A DNA stretch of 63,857 nucleotides, counting the filler, from Lenisia limosa (Eukaryota > Protista > Breviatea): NCBI GenBank assembly GCA_001655205.1. It is 11 parts of 11 records of this genome, joined end to end, with 100 filler letters (N's around TTAATTAATTAA, not from the genome) between each part and the next. Parts side by side here need not be neighbours in the genome. Positions count along the whole stretch, not along the records: positions 45,515 to 54,737 come from LPNZ01006983.1; positions 54,838 to 56,125 come from LPNZ01005786.1; positions 56,226 to 60,163 come from LPNZ01007144.1; positions 60,264 to 61,978 come from LPNZ01005751.1; positions 62,079 to 63,857 come from LPNZ01000777.1; 6 more parts are not named here. One strand, given 5' to 3'. Positions 51,270-63,221 of this stretch are shown piece by piece (positions within the stretch are counted from its first letter, which is position 1; every line of letters begins with the position of its first letter). The notes under the pieces are model-generated. The model was not told the origin of the DNA, ran no database searches, and worked only from the letters and a program-made list of their open reading frames with translations. The position numbers were made by a program, and so were the translations under genes.

Positions 51270-53739
51270 CTAAAAGGGGTTACAGAGAGGTATTATAAAT
51301 AAACGTATATTATGTGTATAGTAATAAAGTTATACGATAAGGGGGGTAAATTGGAAAATTTATGAAACAAAAAAAGCCCAAAATCAACAAAACAAACAAA
51401 GCCCAGGGCAGTCGCTTCTGCAGCACCGCATCCCACCACTCAGGCGTACGGGGAGTATTAGTGTTATATGATAAGGTGCGGGGCATGTGTGATGATACAT
51501 GTCTAAACATAGTTCTCCCTTAGCATCTAAAAAAGGCGGTAAACATGGTGCCTAATTGAATAATCAGGGGTGTAATGTTATGAAGTCCCTATCTAGAGGA
51601 ATAAAAACTGACCCTTGAAGGAGGTCATCATCATCTACAAAAAAGAGGGGGGAAGAGTAATAAATAGTTTTCAAAACGGCTAAAACCTCCTGTATCATAC
51701 GTAAAAACATATGTTAGTGTTATAAAGAGTCCAAAATGGTGATAGATGTTATAAAGAGTCCAAAATGATGATAGATGTTATTCACAAGGGAAAGTGTAGT
51801 GCATGCAATGATGCAATGATGTATTAAACGAATCAAGTTGGAATCATATATCTGTAAGAAAATGATTTGCCACTGGTGTTAGCTCTTCCGCGGGATGTAG
51901 AATATTCACAGTCACCCCACCGTTATTGCTAGGCACTTCCTGCCACCACCCACCAGAAGATTGGCGAGTAGAAGTCCAGTTATGAACGCTCATCTTTCGG
52001 TATCGCTTGAAATCGAAGTATCTTACAAGTTATACTCAAATTTGACGGAAAGCACGGAGAAAGAGGCAAAAGGCGGCAAAAACGGACGGAGCTCGCGCCT
52101 CCGTGACGGGGCCTCGGGCTCAGGTATCCTCAAAATCTGGTTTGGGACAACTAAGAGTCGAGCAGTTCTCTATGTTGTAGTAGTATGTATTTCAGAAGGA
52201 ATTTCGAAAAATAGACTGTTGTATTTAGAGATTGCTTGGTATTTATTGAGTTGCCCGCATGGTTGTGGCGTGAAGATCTCCTCGCATTTAACTTAACTTA
52301 GTGCGAATGAGACCATTTCAAGGGTTTGAGCTGATGTAGTTTCACAGTCAATGGAGAGTCCTCGACCATCCCCCGGAGACGAGGCTGTTGGCCTTTCAGC
52401 GTATTCAATATCCTCCAATAAGCGGAGTAACGCGTTTATTTCGAGTACAAGGTCCTCCGATTTCAAGCATGTTCAGCAGCTCGCTAATGCCAACACTAGT
52501 GTTGGCAACGACTTCATTGCTGGAGCTACGGAGCTTTGGAGAACGCGGGATGCGGTGAATGGAATTGAAACGTGTTCATTTATTCTGATTGGTTCCTACT
52601 TCCTACTTCTCATCTCCTACGGCATTTCAGAAGGCCAGGTCAAGTCCTTTGAATTGTTTCTCGTCTTCGGGAACATCTTTACGCTTCTTTTCGTCCTCTT
52701 CTTCACCAAATCCACGACAGTGCATAGTCGTGTTTTGACGATCTCAACGTGGCTTCACACAAGCTTCATCGCCGACCGATCAAAGGAACAGCTTGCTAAG
52801 AGCGTCAAGAACCAGCTTCGGCGTGATAACCGCACCAGATGGCGAGCATTGACTCTTGACGAGGCAGTTCAGACAGTGAAGTATGGTGGAGAATAGAAGA
52901 AACGGCTTTCTTTTGTGTTATTACCCAAGGTATTTCATACAGTCATAAACGTACCAACTACAGGTGATAAGTTTGGGCGGGGGAATAGGTGGTTTTCTAA
53001 TATCATTCCAGTCTCCCAACAGATTCATTTGGTTCTAAGTCCAAGCGTTTTCTGTAACCGAAGGGAGGCTCCTAATGTTTTACCCATATTTACGACATAT
53101 ATTTATCTTTGTACTTATGTATTCTCAAGATGGTGTTGATGGTTTTTCATGTGATATTAGTTTATCCGAATTCAATTGATTTCACATCTCGGTATAGTTA
53201 ATTTTTATATATATTTATATCTGAGCCACAAGAGTTTTACTGAGCTTTGCTATTTAACACGATGTGTCGAAGGCAAAAGTGCACTCTTCATTTTTCTGTA
53301 ATATGTGGAAATTTAAGGATTCGGGGTGGCCTCGGATGTCTGACTCATCAGGAATTGTAGGTTTTTCTCTCGATTAAATCCTCGAAAACACTCGATAACT
53401 CACCTGAGATTCCGAGCCAGCATCCAATTCAACCCAAATCCTTAATATTATGGATCCGCTAAAAAAATAGGATATATTCTTGGGCTTTCCCCGTTTTCAT
53501 TATTTCGATATATATGCACTGACCATGGTAAGCCATGATCGATTTTTTAGATTTTATCAGTCAAAACTTGCGGTGATAAGGCTTGACACGGATATTGAGC
53601 TTTATCTTGTGTTAGTGTGTACTAACTAGTCTGCAAAGTTGATTTTGGGTTTAAATTTTCCAATTTTATGGACTCGTGATTAGTACCTTTACGACAATAT
53701 TTCATCGAAATTTCCTTCGTTTTACTCCCCCCTCCCCTT

Positions 53740-56700
53740 ACAGGACCCAGCCCTTCCCCTGCAGCCTGATCTGGCACTATGAAGTTCTCTGTGTTGCGGC
53801 TTTCTTCATCTCCAGCGTCTGCAAGATTTCTGGCAATTTCATTGGATTATTGTTTTTTTCGGATTTCTTTCGCTTTTATTCAGATTACAAAATATTATGA
53901 TATTGTTCAGTTTTATTAAGATTTCTGCCACTTTGATTCACTTCAATTGGATATCGTGCCCATTTTACTGATGTAGTGCTGTAACGTCCTGCTCGTGTTC
54001 AACTCGGAGTTTCTTCATCTTGATGGCGACTTGACTTTCACTTTCATTTTGCTGCACTGCTTCGCGCCAGGTTGGTGGGGAGTAAAATGAGGCAGGTAAA
54101 GTGGGAATTTGAGTCNNNNNNNNNNNNNNNNNNNNNNNNNNNNNNNNNNNNNNNNNNNNNNNNNNNNNNNNNNNNNNNNNNNNNNNNNNNNNNAGTGCTC
54201 TCAAGCTCATTTCTAACAATTCTGTCACTTTTATTCACAATTCTGTCACTTTAACTCACATTTCTGTCAACATTTCTGTCACTTTTATCGGGTTTCTGTC
54301 AAGATTTCTGTCTCCTGACACTCTAGTTCTCACGAGCTCATTCCCTCCGATTGTTTCCACGTCGCTCTTTAGCTTTTCAATGGTAAGGGGTGGGGGGTGA
54401 AGTTGGACATAAACTTCAGAAACTAAAAAAGGCAAAAAACACACAATGGTTGGTTGAAAAAATCAAAAACGTTTTATCTGGCTATTTTTTTAAAAAAAAA
54501 GTACTTTTAAGTGCTCTCTATTTGTTTTTTCCTCTTCCATTTCACCTTTTTAGGCTCTGTGTTTCCCTCTCAATTCAACATTTTAGGTTTTATATCGTTA
54601 TTTTGTTCTGTATTACTTCATTTTATCTTTGTAGGCTCTATATCTGTGTTTTGCCGTTTACAACGGGCTCTTCTTCGACCGGGTATTCGTAGCTATTGTG
54701 GGGGGTTTTATAGTCTTGACACGAATATTGGAAGCGANNNNNNNNNNNNNNNNNNNNNNNNNNNNNNNNNNNNNNNNNNNNTTAATTAATTAANNNNNNN
54801 NNNNNNNNNNNNNNNNNNNNNNNNNNNNNNNNNNNNNAAAATGAAAAAGTGCCCACACTCATGTGGGTGCCCACACTCATGTGCCTCCACCTATATGATT
54901 TGTTTTTTTGGAGCGTAAAGTGACGATACAGAGGTTTCAGATTGCAGCGGTCGTATCAAAGCCCTCCAAAACGAAAGTGCCACTTCCAAGGCCAATGTTG
55001 ACAAAGTTAGTCAGATTTAATAAATATGTCATTGAGCATTTTTAGAGAAATTTGTACCAGCCCAAATTATGATATCGAGAATATCGAGAAACCCTTGTAC
55101 ATATTATATTGAAATGAGAAACACCCTTATAACATACCATATATACATTTACTAGAGTACTTTTGATACTATGTACTTTATTATGAATCTCCTGAAGGTA
55201 CATATGTATGCTGAAACATAAAGGCCCCTCTAACGCAGCAGCTCCTCTGCTCTCTTGTGCTCTTGTCAAGGGTCCAAAGAAGCGAAAACATGAGGCTACA
55301 GGCTCTGATCTGGCAGAAAAATGTTAGTGCAAAACAGGCTATTAATTTGAGGGCAATCAATATATTGATACACTATATCACCAAAATTTTATTCCAAATG
55401 GGGTTCACCTTGTAGACGCTGGCACGGCTGCTGCGGCCGCACTTTGAAGCCATCCACATTGCCAATGTCCTCAGGTTCGTAGGGATGAGCAATGGCTCAA
55501 CTACGATGCTAAAAAGACTCCTTTTCAAATTCCAACTACTATATATAGTGATATATTATTACATGTACTATGTACACATACTGTATTACTAGTAGAAAGG
55601 GAGCCCTATTCATAACCTCAAAGGTGCGCGCTGACGCTCTCTCCGATGCCGACAAGAAAGCGGTCCTTCCGAGCGGCTGGAATAGCCGTTCTCGCCTCCC
55701 TACGTTTCAGGAAAATGAAGCCCGAAATCGAGTCATGGGGTGGGTCTCTGGGAAATGTTTCCCCCCTCCCGCCCCCGGTTCAATCATTGTTCACTAACTA
55801 GGTCAAAACTATCATGTTGGANNNNNNNNNNNNNNNNNNNNNNNNNNNNNNNNNNNNNNNNNNNNNNNNNNNNNNNNNNNNNNNNNNNNNNNNNNNNNNN
55901 NNNNNNNNNNNNNNNNNNNNNNNNNNNNNNNNNNNNNNNNNNNNNNNNNNNNNNNNNNNNNNNNNNNNNNNNNTAAGAATCTGAGTCCCAAAACGCAAAT
56001 GGCTATCAACCTAAGTATTGTGAACAATAGATATAAGTCTTGACGATTTTCTTAGGGAAATCAGCAGATCGATCAAGACTTATCCCCGTCACTGTATATC
56101 ATATCGTATGTATTTCGTTATGGGTNNNNNNNNNNNNNNNNNNNNNNNNNNNNNNNNNNNNNNNNNNNNTTAATTAATTAANNNNNNNNNNNNNNNNNNN
56201 NNNNNNNNNNNNNNNNNNNNNNNNNGGAGGAAAACGGAGGAAATTTCCGGCGTAAAGGTAAAATCGTTTGAAACACAGGGATGGGATAAAATGAAAAAAA
56301 ACTCTAATCAAAGTCGTAACCGTGTCTAAATAAAGAAATTCAACAAGTGTTGACATTTTTATTTCATAAAATTGCTTTGTAAGTACCCCCCCTAACTTGT
56401 TGATAGTCAAAATGTGGGATATCATCAAGGCTGAAAGTGACGACCGGTGCAGGTGAATACTCAGCCGTGCCAGAGTAATGAAACGCGGCTGCCTCCTCCA
56501 TGTAGCCATAATCAGTGACGTCATCGTCATTATCACTCGCACTTGAAGGCTCGGGTTCTACTGGTTCGACAGGGGTGTCTACAATAGTGAAGGTTGTTTG
56601 TTTAATGTTGAAACTTTTTGAAAAAAAATGCAAAAGGAAACAAATAAATTGTGCTCTTAAAACAGTGACAAACATACATATGATAGAGTGTTGACTCATT

Positions 56701-57225
56701 AATTTTTTCCTCATGAATTTATATCCCATGTAGAAGAGTGAAAGGAAAATCTGAGAAATATACAAAGGATACAATAATGACAATTGTGCTTGTAGAATTG
56801 GAAGGAATTTGGTGAAAATTTTAAACTAAACTTGTTTTATTAAAAGATGGGTGCCTTCCCATACTTGCTACTCATTGAATGGATTTAATCAATATAATAA
56901 AAATAATGAGTGCCCCNNNNNNNNNNNNNNNNNNNNNNNNNNNNNNNNNNNNNNNNNNNNNNNNNNNNNNNNNNNNNNNNNNNNNNNNNNNNNNNNNNNN
57001 NNNNNNNNNNNNNNNNNNNNNNNNNNNNNNNNNNNNNNNNNNNNNNNNNNNNNNNNNNNNNNNNNNNNNNNNNNNNNCAGAAAGGGTTGAATTGAGCTGG
57101 GGAGGAGACGCACTCAGTGTGACTTGAAAGACCTTGCTGCTGGTACTGAAGAAGACATAATGTGACGTCAGAAAGATGACGAGGATGACAAAGAGGATTG
57201 TCAACGCTGGTCTTGTGGAAAGCAT
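53740..57225 (-). CDS. Possible type II membrane protein; fragmented, and the exons may belong to more than one gene
   Basis: MLSTRPALTILFVILVIFLTSHYVFF resembles a signal anchor. It is followed by an acidic/Pro stem exon TPVEPVEPEPSSASDNDDDVTDYGYMEE and further coding-like exons across several gaps. Confidence 0.35.
54225..54320 (+). repeat. Degenerate tandem repeat
   Basis: TTCTGTCA(CTTT) recurs about 6 times. Confidence 0.7.
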
Positions 57226-59529
57226 GCCACTGAAATGCTGACGATCTCACGAGTTGCGGGAAGAGAAGCGGATTGGGAATCAGGGGAGGGTTCTCAACCA
57301 ATAAAATACTCGAGGAAAAATAATAATTATGAGGGGAAAGCGGGGAAGGAAGGACATTTAGAGAAGGGAACCAGCAAATCTTCCAACGGAAAAATTGCTG
57401 TCAGGAATGTTCTAGAAGGATAATTCAACCGGCTGACATAATTTCTTCTTCCGGTTATTGGTGAAAGCAGCTTGAAAATAGCCAGAATTCTCTTTCTAAC
57501 AAGTAGTTTATATATTTATATGTGTTTAGAAGTCGGAAATACATCAATAGCAGCCTTCAACATGGTATTTTAGTTAGATAATAATACCTGGGGTGTAACC
57601 TAGAGCCCTTCCAGTGAACGCAAAACACCTACACCTCATCCAAGGGCTCATCACCACGCCGCTCAATTCAACTCCTTCTGTTCCATCAGCGGTATCAGCT
57701 TGATATCACACCTTATCGTTCATCACCCAATCATCACCCAACTGAAGAGTACTGTACCTAAAACGAAAAGATCTCCCCACGCTATTTAAGGTTGGTCCAT
57801 GTATGTCACTTGAGTATATTTGAGCAAGGAGTGATATATCTAGATTTGAGCAGAAGAAACAAAAAGGGGGGGGGGTGTAATTATGTTGCAATATTTCTGC
57901 TCTACTACCAAGAATAACTGAAAAAGATCTCTTTTGGAATATTGGATAGTAAACAATCCAAAAATAAATACCTTCGACATTTTATTGCGAACACAGGAAG
58001 CATGTAAAAGGATATTAACATCCTTTTACTGCTTCCTGTGGAATCGGGGGAGAAAACTATTGAGAGTGTTGGGGGGGGGTTACATTTGCTGGAGAAGCAT
58101 GCAGAAAACTGTGTTACAGAATTGTCACACAAATGATGATGTGAAAATATTTTATATCATCCAATATGTGGTGATGTGTACGGCTTTGAACAGATACTAC
58201 CTTTTTATTGCTCACTCACCCCCCAGTGCAAATAGACTTGGACTCAAAAACAACTGGAATAGTTGTTATTTCCTAGCTTCCTACTGAATCATGATGTCAC
58301 GGACAGCTCTCAGATTCCTCTTGCCTCTGGTATTCTTCTTCTTTTCAGGTTACCATGCCATGTAAGCGGGGTATTTTATTTGAGCAAGACATCATGGAGG
58401 ACAAAGAAGTTCAGAGATATAGTACTTGACCTCCATGAAGAGATATAGAAAATCTAGGGGTATTGTTTCTGAGCAGTTTGACCACTCTGTACCCCCCAAA
58501 ATCTCCCCTTGAGTACAAGCGTCGCTCGGACCCTGGGGGTACAGGGTTCAGTTTGACAGTTTAGCAATGCAAAGTTGTTTATTTACCATGAGGGGAAATG
58601 AAATATGAGGATGGGAGGAGTGTGTGACTGAAATGCGCTAAAACATCACCGTATCACTTTTTGGGACGTTTTCACACGTTTAAGCCACAGTATCACCATT
58701 TTGGTCATTTTCACAAGTCAGAACTATCATCTTCCACACAGTGATATGATACCTCATAGGTGTGATGATTGACCAAAAATTCTGTTTGGCTCAATAGGCC
58801 TTACCTTCCTTTTAGCTCCATGACCTCATTGGGAAATGTTCAGGCAACAAATTTCGTTACAGGTCGGTTGTGGGTTCATAGATAGATCACTGTGTATTTC
58901 TATAGTATAATATCAACATATACTGTGACACATTAAGTCCTGACACGATTGACTAAAGATAAAGCTCAATATCCATGTCATGGCTTATCGTGGTCAGTGA
59001 ATATGATTACGATTTCTTACTAATTTACTAGCTGCAACAACTCAAATTGACCTCCAAAACAAAGGTTAGTAATTCTTCGGAAAGGGGGGGGGGGGGTNNN
59101 NNNNNNNNNNNNNNNNNNNNNNNNNNNNNNNNNNNNNNNNNNNNNNNNNNNNNNNNNNNNNNNNNNNTTTTCTAAGAAAAAACTGTGTACCCGAAAAAAT
59201 TTTGTTCTCCAAATACAGTTTTCCTATTCTTTAACAATTATTTTTCTTCGTGAACTTTCAGTTGTTGAGCTTCAAGAGACTATTGATCGCCTAAACTCAA
59301 GTAGGCTCATGTTTACAGGAGTCATATTTAAGGTTAAACTCCAATAAATCCTCGATAAATTCTTGATAAATCCCCGATAAAACCTCTCTCGATAAAAATG
59401 ATATTAACCAGTCTCCTTCAGCCGGCACGACATTGGTGTCACTTGAGGGAACTACAAATAGTGCCTACTCGNNNNNNNNNNNNNNNNNNNNNNNNNNNNN
59501 NNNNNNNNNNNNNNNNNNNNNNNNNNNNN

Positions 59530-61980
59530 CGGCCAATACACCATTTTCTAATAATGTACCAGGCACTGGCTTTACTGCAGCCTATTACATCGTCCAAGAG
59601 GGGACAAAGAATGTTGTATGCAGACCGTCGTCGGAAACTCTTATTGTTTGCCCAAGGAATCCTGGAGGTTGGTACATACCCTGAAATGAATTGGGATAGT
59701 GTTTCAAAGTTGCTTGTTCCATTTTAGCCCCTTTTATTATTGTTTTTTTTTATTGATTTCCTCAAAAAAAAAAGTAGGTGTGTTATATTCAGTTTATTTT
59801 TTATTCTTAATGAGAGGGTGTGGAAGGTCTCGGTCAGATACAGTAATCAATATCTCTTATTGACACTTGTTTTGGAAATCATTTTCGATCCTTCTTGCTC
59901 CCCATTTGTTTTAGTAATTAGCTCTCCCCATTTATCCCAGTATTATACAATATATTACCTCTTTTGATCCTTTTTATTTACACACTTCAGATGCAGAAGT
60001 AGTTGAAGTGTACTCACCGACTGCCTATCTGGGTTCCTTGAAATTGTGTATGTTGGATGGGGTGGATTTGTGGGTGGATTTGTATTTTATTACAATCCAA
60101 AATATCTTATAAGCGTGATGGTCCGGACGGATTCGGCCAGCTCTCTCTCTCTCTCTCTATATANNNNNNNNNNNNNNNNNNNNNNNNNNNNNNNNNNNNN
60201 NNNNNNNTTAATTAATTAANNNNNNNNNNNNNNNNNNNNNNNNNNNNNNNNNNNNNNNNNNNNCCAAAAGAGTTCAATAGAGCGTCCATTAAGAGAGCAA
60301 TTGGAGAGGTCAATACGAGACAATGGGGATGACCACTTAGCAAAGGCTGTAGAGGGTAAGAACGTGAAAAAGCTCAACCAAAGGGTGAGAGAATAGCATG
60401 TATTAGCATACTAGTTCATTTATTGAAAATATTGCTGTTTGAAAACCCACCTTGGCCCAAGATTTCCATGCCCTTTCCGCCAATGTTGTTACGTGCGAAA
60501 TTAACCCGCGTGAAAGACATGGTTTCTTCAGACTACACAGTGAAAAAAAAAAAAAAAAAAAAANNNNNNNNNNNNNNNNNNNNNNNNNNNNNNNNNNNNN
60601 NNNNNNNNNNNNNNNNNNNNNNNNNNNNNNNNNNNNNNNNNNNNNNNNNNNNNNNNNNNNNNNNNNACGCTGGCGATGTTTGTGAGGATAGCGTTGCCGA
60701 CTTCAACAAATGCCTCAGGCTTGCCCTCAACATTCTCAAAGTTTATCTGGGAGAATTATGATGGATAATCTATTATGAATGAGTATTTAAGAAAGATAAT
60801 GATATCAGAGAAGCTTCACAATTTGAGGGGCCCACGGATTGGAGAGTTTTGTTTTTGGAGAGACAAAGTGCTAGGGTCTTGATAAGCTCCTTGTTTGCCA
60901 CGTTAGTAACATTGACAGATGTGTAATGCCGACTGTGCCTGAAGGAGTGAACAGCGCTGTGTTAAATCGAATAATTTACAACAGGACAACATACATAATA
61001 ATATATTTATATGCTACGATCGCAACAAAATAGCCACTGTACCTACCCCAGAGCAAGCATAAGAGGGATAAGGTCTACAGCAGCGCTTCCCTTCCCCTCA
61101 ATTCCGGGGCAGTCAGTGATGTTGAAGCAGGCAGTCTCTAGAATGTCATTGAATCGCGAAAAAAATAAAAGGAAATTGGAAGCTTGTGTTAAAATGCTGT
61201 CTCCTAGGATGCATCCCCAGAAATAAAAGGTCAACATAAGCCCCGCGCACGAGACTCAGCCAGGGTCTTGATGTGGGTGATGACGTTAAAGTTGGGGGCG
61301 GAGTTGGTCTTTGCACAGTACGCCTTGTAGGTGTCTACGAGGCCGTGCTCGAGGGACTCTGGTTCTTCATCAAGGTCCACAAGACTATGGGTTAGATCAT
61401 GGGTGAGATGAGTTGATCATCTGCAATCTTCTGAAGAAAACAGTAATTTAGAGAACAACAGCCCCTCACAGGTTAGGCTCGATGTTGAAGACTGGCAGGT
61501 CTCTTTGGCCGAAGCCCTGGGTGGTGCGTCTGATGGCCATGCGGATGGCCTTGACAAAGGCGGGGGCCTCTGAAGAGTCCACATCAATGAAGAAGTCGTC
61601 AAAACGGACATGGAACTACAGGGATCAAAGGGGGCAGGAACTAAAGTACGCCTGAAAAAAGTCATCAATAGCAAGGTACAAAACACATCCGGATGTTGCT
61701 CACGTTATCAGCTTGCATGTGGATAACTTCTCTCAGATCGAAGAGGTAACCCTCACGTCGAACCTGTCAGTGATTAGGAGGTAATGCGATGGGAAAATCA
61801 CATCGTTTATCAGTGGTGTGCGTTGTCATAATTATAATTGAATTTCAGTGTATCTCTACCGGACCAACGACAACCCAACAGCACAAATTTCCATTCAGTG
61901 ACAGATCAACTCAATGAGCTGATTCTAATGGACAACCATACCTTCTTGCCCGTAGCTCCACGTTTGATGGACATGATTNN
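59530..61980 (-). CDS. CARMIL/Acan125-like protein (PH-like domain, linker, leucine-rich repeats); both ends extend further
   Basis: Spliced: VRREGYLFDLREVIHMQADN|FHVRFDDFFIDVDSSEAPAFVKAIRMAIRR...|LVDTYKAYCAKTNSAPNFNVITHI...|VDLIPLMLALG|HSRHYTSV...LALCLSKNKTLQS|INFENV...GNAILTN|FTRVNFARNNIGGKGMEILG|LSRIDLSNCSLNGRSI. This is CARMIL domain order. Confidence 0.72.
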
Positions 61981-62113
61981 NNNNNNNNNNNNNNNNNNNN
62001 NNNNNNNNNNNNNNNNNNNNNNTTAATTAATTAANNNNNNNNNNNNNNNNNNNNNNNNNNNNNNNNNNNNNNNNNNNNACCAACTCAAGATCAAATCTGT
62101 TGGCTAACAACTA

Positions 62114-62209
62114 AGACTTCACTTTGGTTCAAAAAAAGACTGAATTCATCGATAAATCGCCAAAAACTATCGATTTTTTACCGGTCTTTTTTGAACCGAT
62201 TTGAAGCCC
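62114..62209. mobile_element. MITE family A copy, TA on both sides
   Basis: ta|agacttcactttggttc...tcgataaatcgccaaaaactatcgat...gaaccgatttgaagccc|ta. Confidence 0.75.
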
Positions 62210-62917
62210 TACTGACAACACGTCAGACGACACTAAAATAACTTACAAATAGATTAATTCCATCACACCCTCAGCTTATCTAAATGAACAGCTTTACATT
62301 ACCTCCCCCCTCAGTTTCTTAAAGAAAGCCGTTTTACCACACCCTCACCTGTCCTGATTTGACATTCAATTCTCTGCCAGCAACCAGATCTCTGAAGGTT
62401 GATTTGCCTGCAAAGCAAGGTAAATATATTGTTATTTACGTTCATCGATTGGGTGTGTGTCTTGGTGATTAAAGTTTCATATGATGTGGATGTGAATGTT
62501 ACAAGTTTTACAAAAAAAAAAAAGCAAGAACGACTTGTATGAAGATTCCATCAAGGTTGATCGAACAAGTGGCAACAAAAAACAGACAGTACAAAATAAC
62601 ACACTATTATTTCTTAATAACAGGTGTATATGAATGCTGTTCAACCATCATATTCAAAATCTCCCTATAAGACCTCATATAACGATCAAAATATCCAGAA
62701 AACCAACGAAAACACGCTAACCATACCCACCAAGCTCAACAGCTGATAAAGTCACGTCAGTGGGTCCGTCACAAGACGATAGCGGTATCAACGCCCCGCC
62801 ACCTGCAACATCAACTCGTCGTCTGGTACCCCCACGTTTTTCCTTATTAATGGTGTTATTATTAGCAAGAAGATAGCATGATAAAGTGTGAGAAAATGGT
62901 TAAGAGAGTTATTCAGA

Positions 62918-62975
62918 AATGAGAAATAAAACAAGGTTGTATCTGGCCGAAGCCGCTCACACCATACTCTTACAA
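62918..62975 (-). repeat. Family C repeat
   Basis: atgagaaataaaacaaggttgtatctggccgaagccgctcacaccat. Confidence 0.75.
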
Positions 62976-63221
62976 ATTTTTAACGATCTGCCGAATACAT
63001 CGCACCTTTACGTCAATATTCTTCATCAAAATTTGCTTCATATACCCCCACCCCCCGCGCGCACCAAATCCGGAAGCGCCATTTGCCATGTCATCCGTGT
63101 TGGAGAACGTGGCAAAAAGTCTTGCTCTGTCCAACACCTCGGAGCAACATTGCAGAAACGCGCCGAGTTCCTCCGGGGTGTCCGCGACCGTCCCGAGCCG
63201 GGAGCTCATCATGGCAGACAT
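62970..63221 (-). CDS. Coding exon of an unidentified gene, possibly upstream of or part of the CARMIL-like gene
   Basis: GC-rich open frame MSSRLGTVADTPEELGAFLQCCSEVLDRARLFATF..., with a donor after ...ASGF G|gtgcgc. Confidence 0.4.
   Translation of the reverse strand: MSAMMSSRLGTVADTPEELGAFLQCCSEVLDRARLFATFSNTDDMANGASGFGARGGWGYMKQILMKNIDVKVRCIRQIVKNL

Noticed and set aside
55600-58860. In-frame TGA in a few tentative exons as evidence of stop-codon recoding
   Set aside because: The exon frames there are uncertain. Well-supported genes such as ETFDH use TGG for Trp and read through without any TGA.
11056-62034. Recurrent TTAATTAATTAA palindrome
   Set aside because: It is always embedded in Ns and is a six-frame-stop scaffold joiner, not biology. 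Adjacency across these joins is less certain.
19016-62975. Family C repeat as a CRISPR array
   Set aside because: Copies are dispersed in both orientations, the dimers have no spacer, there are no cas genes, and the host is a eukaryote.
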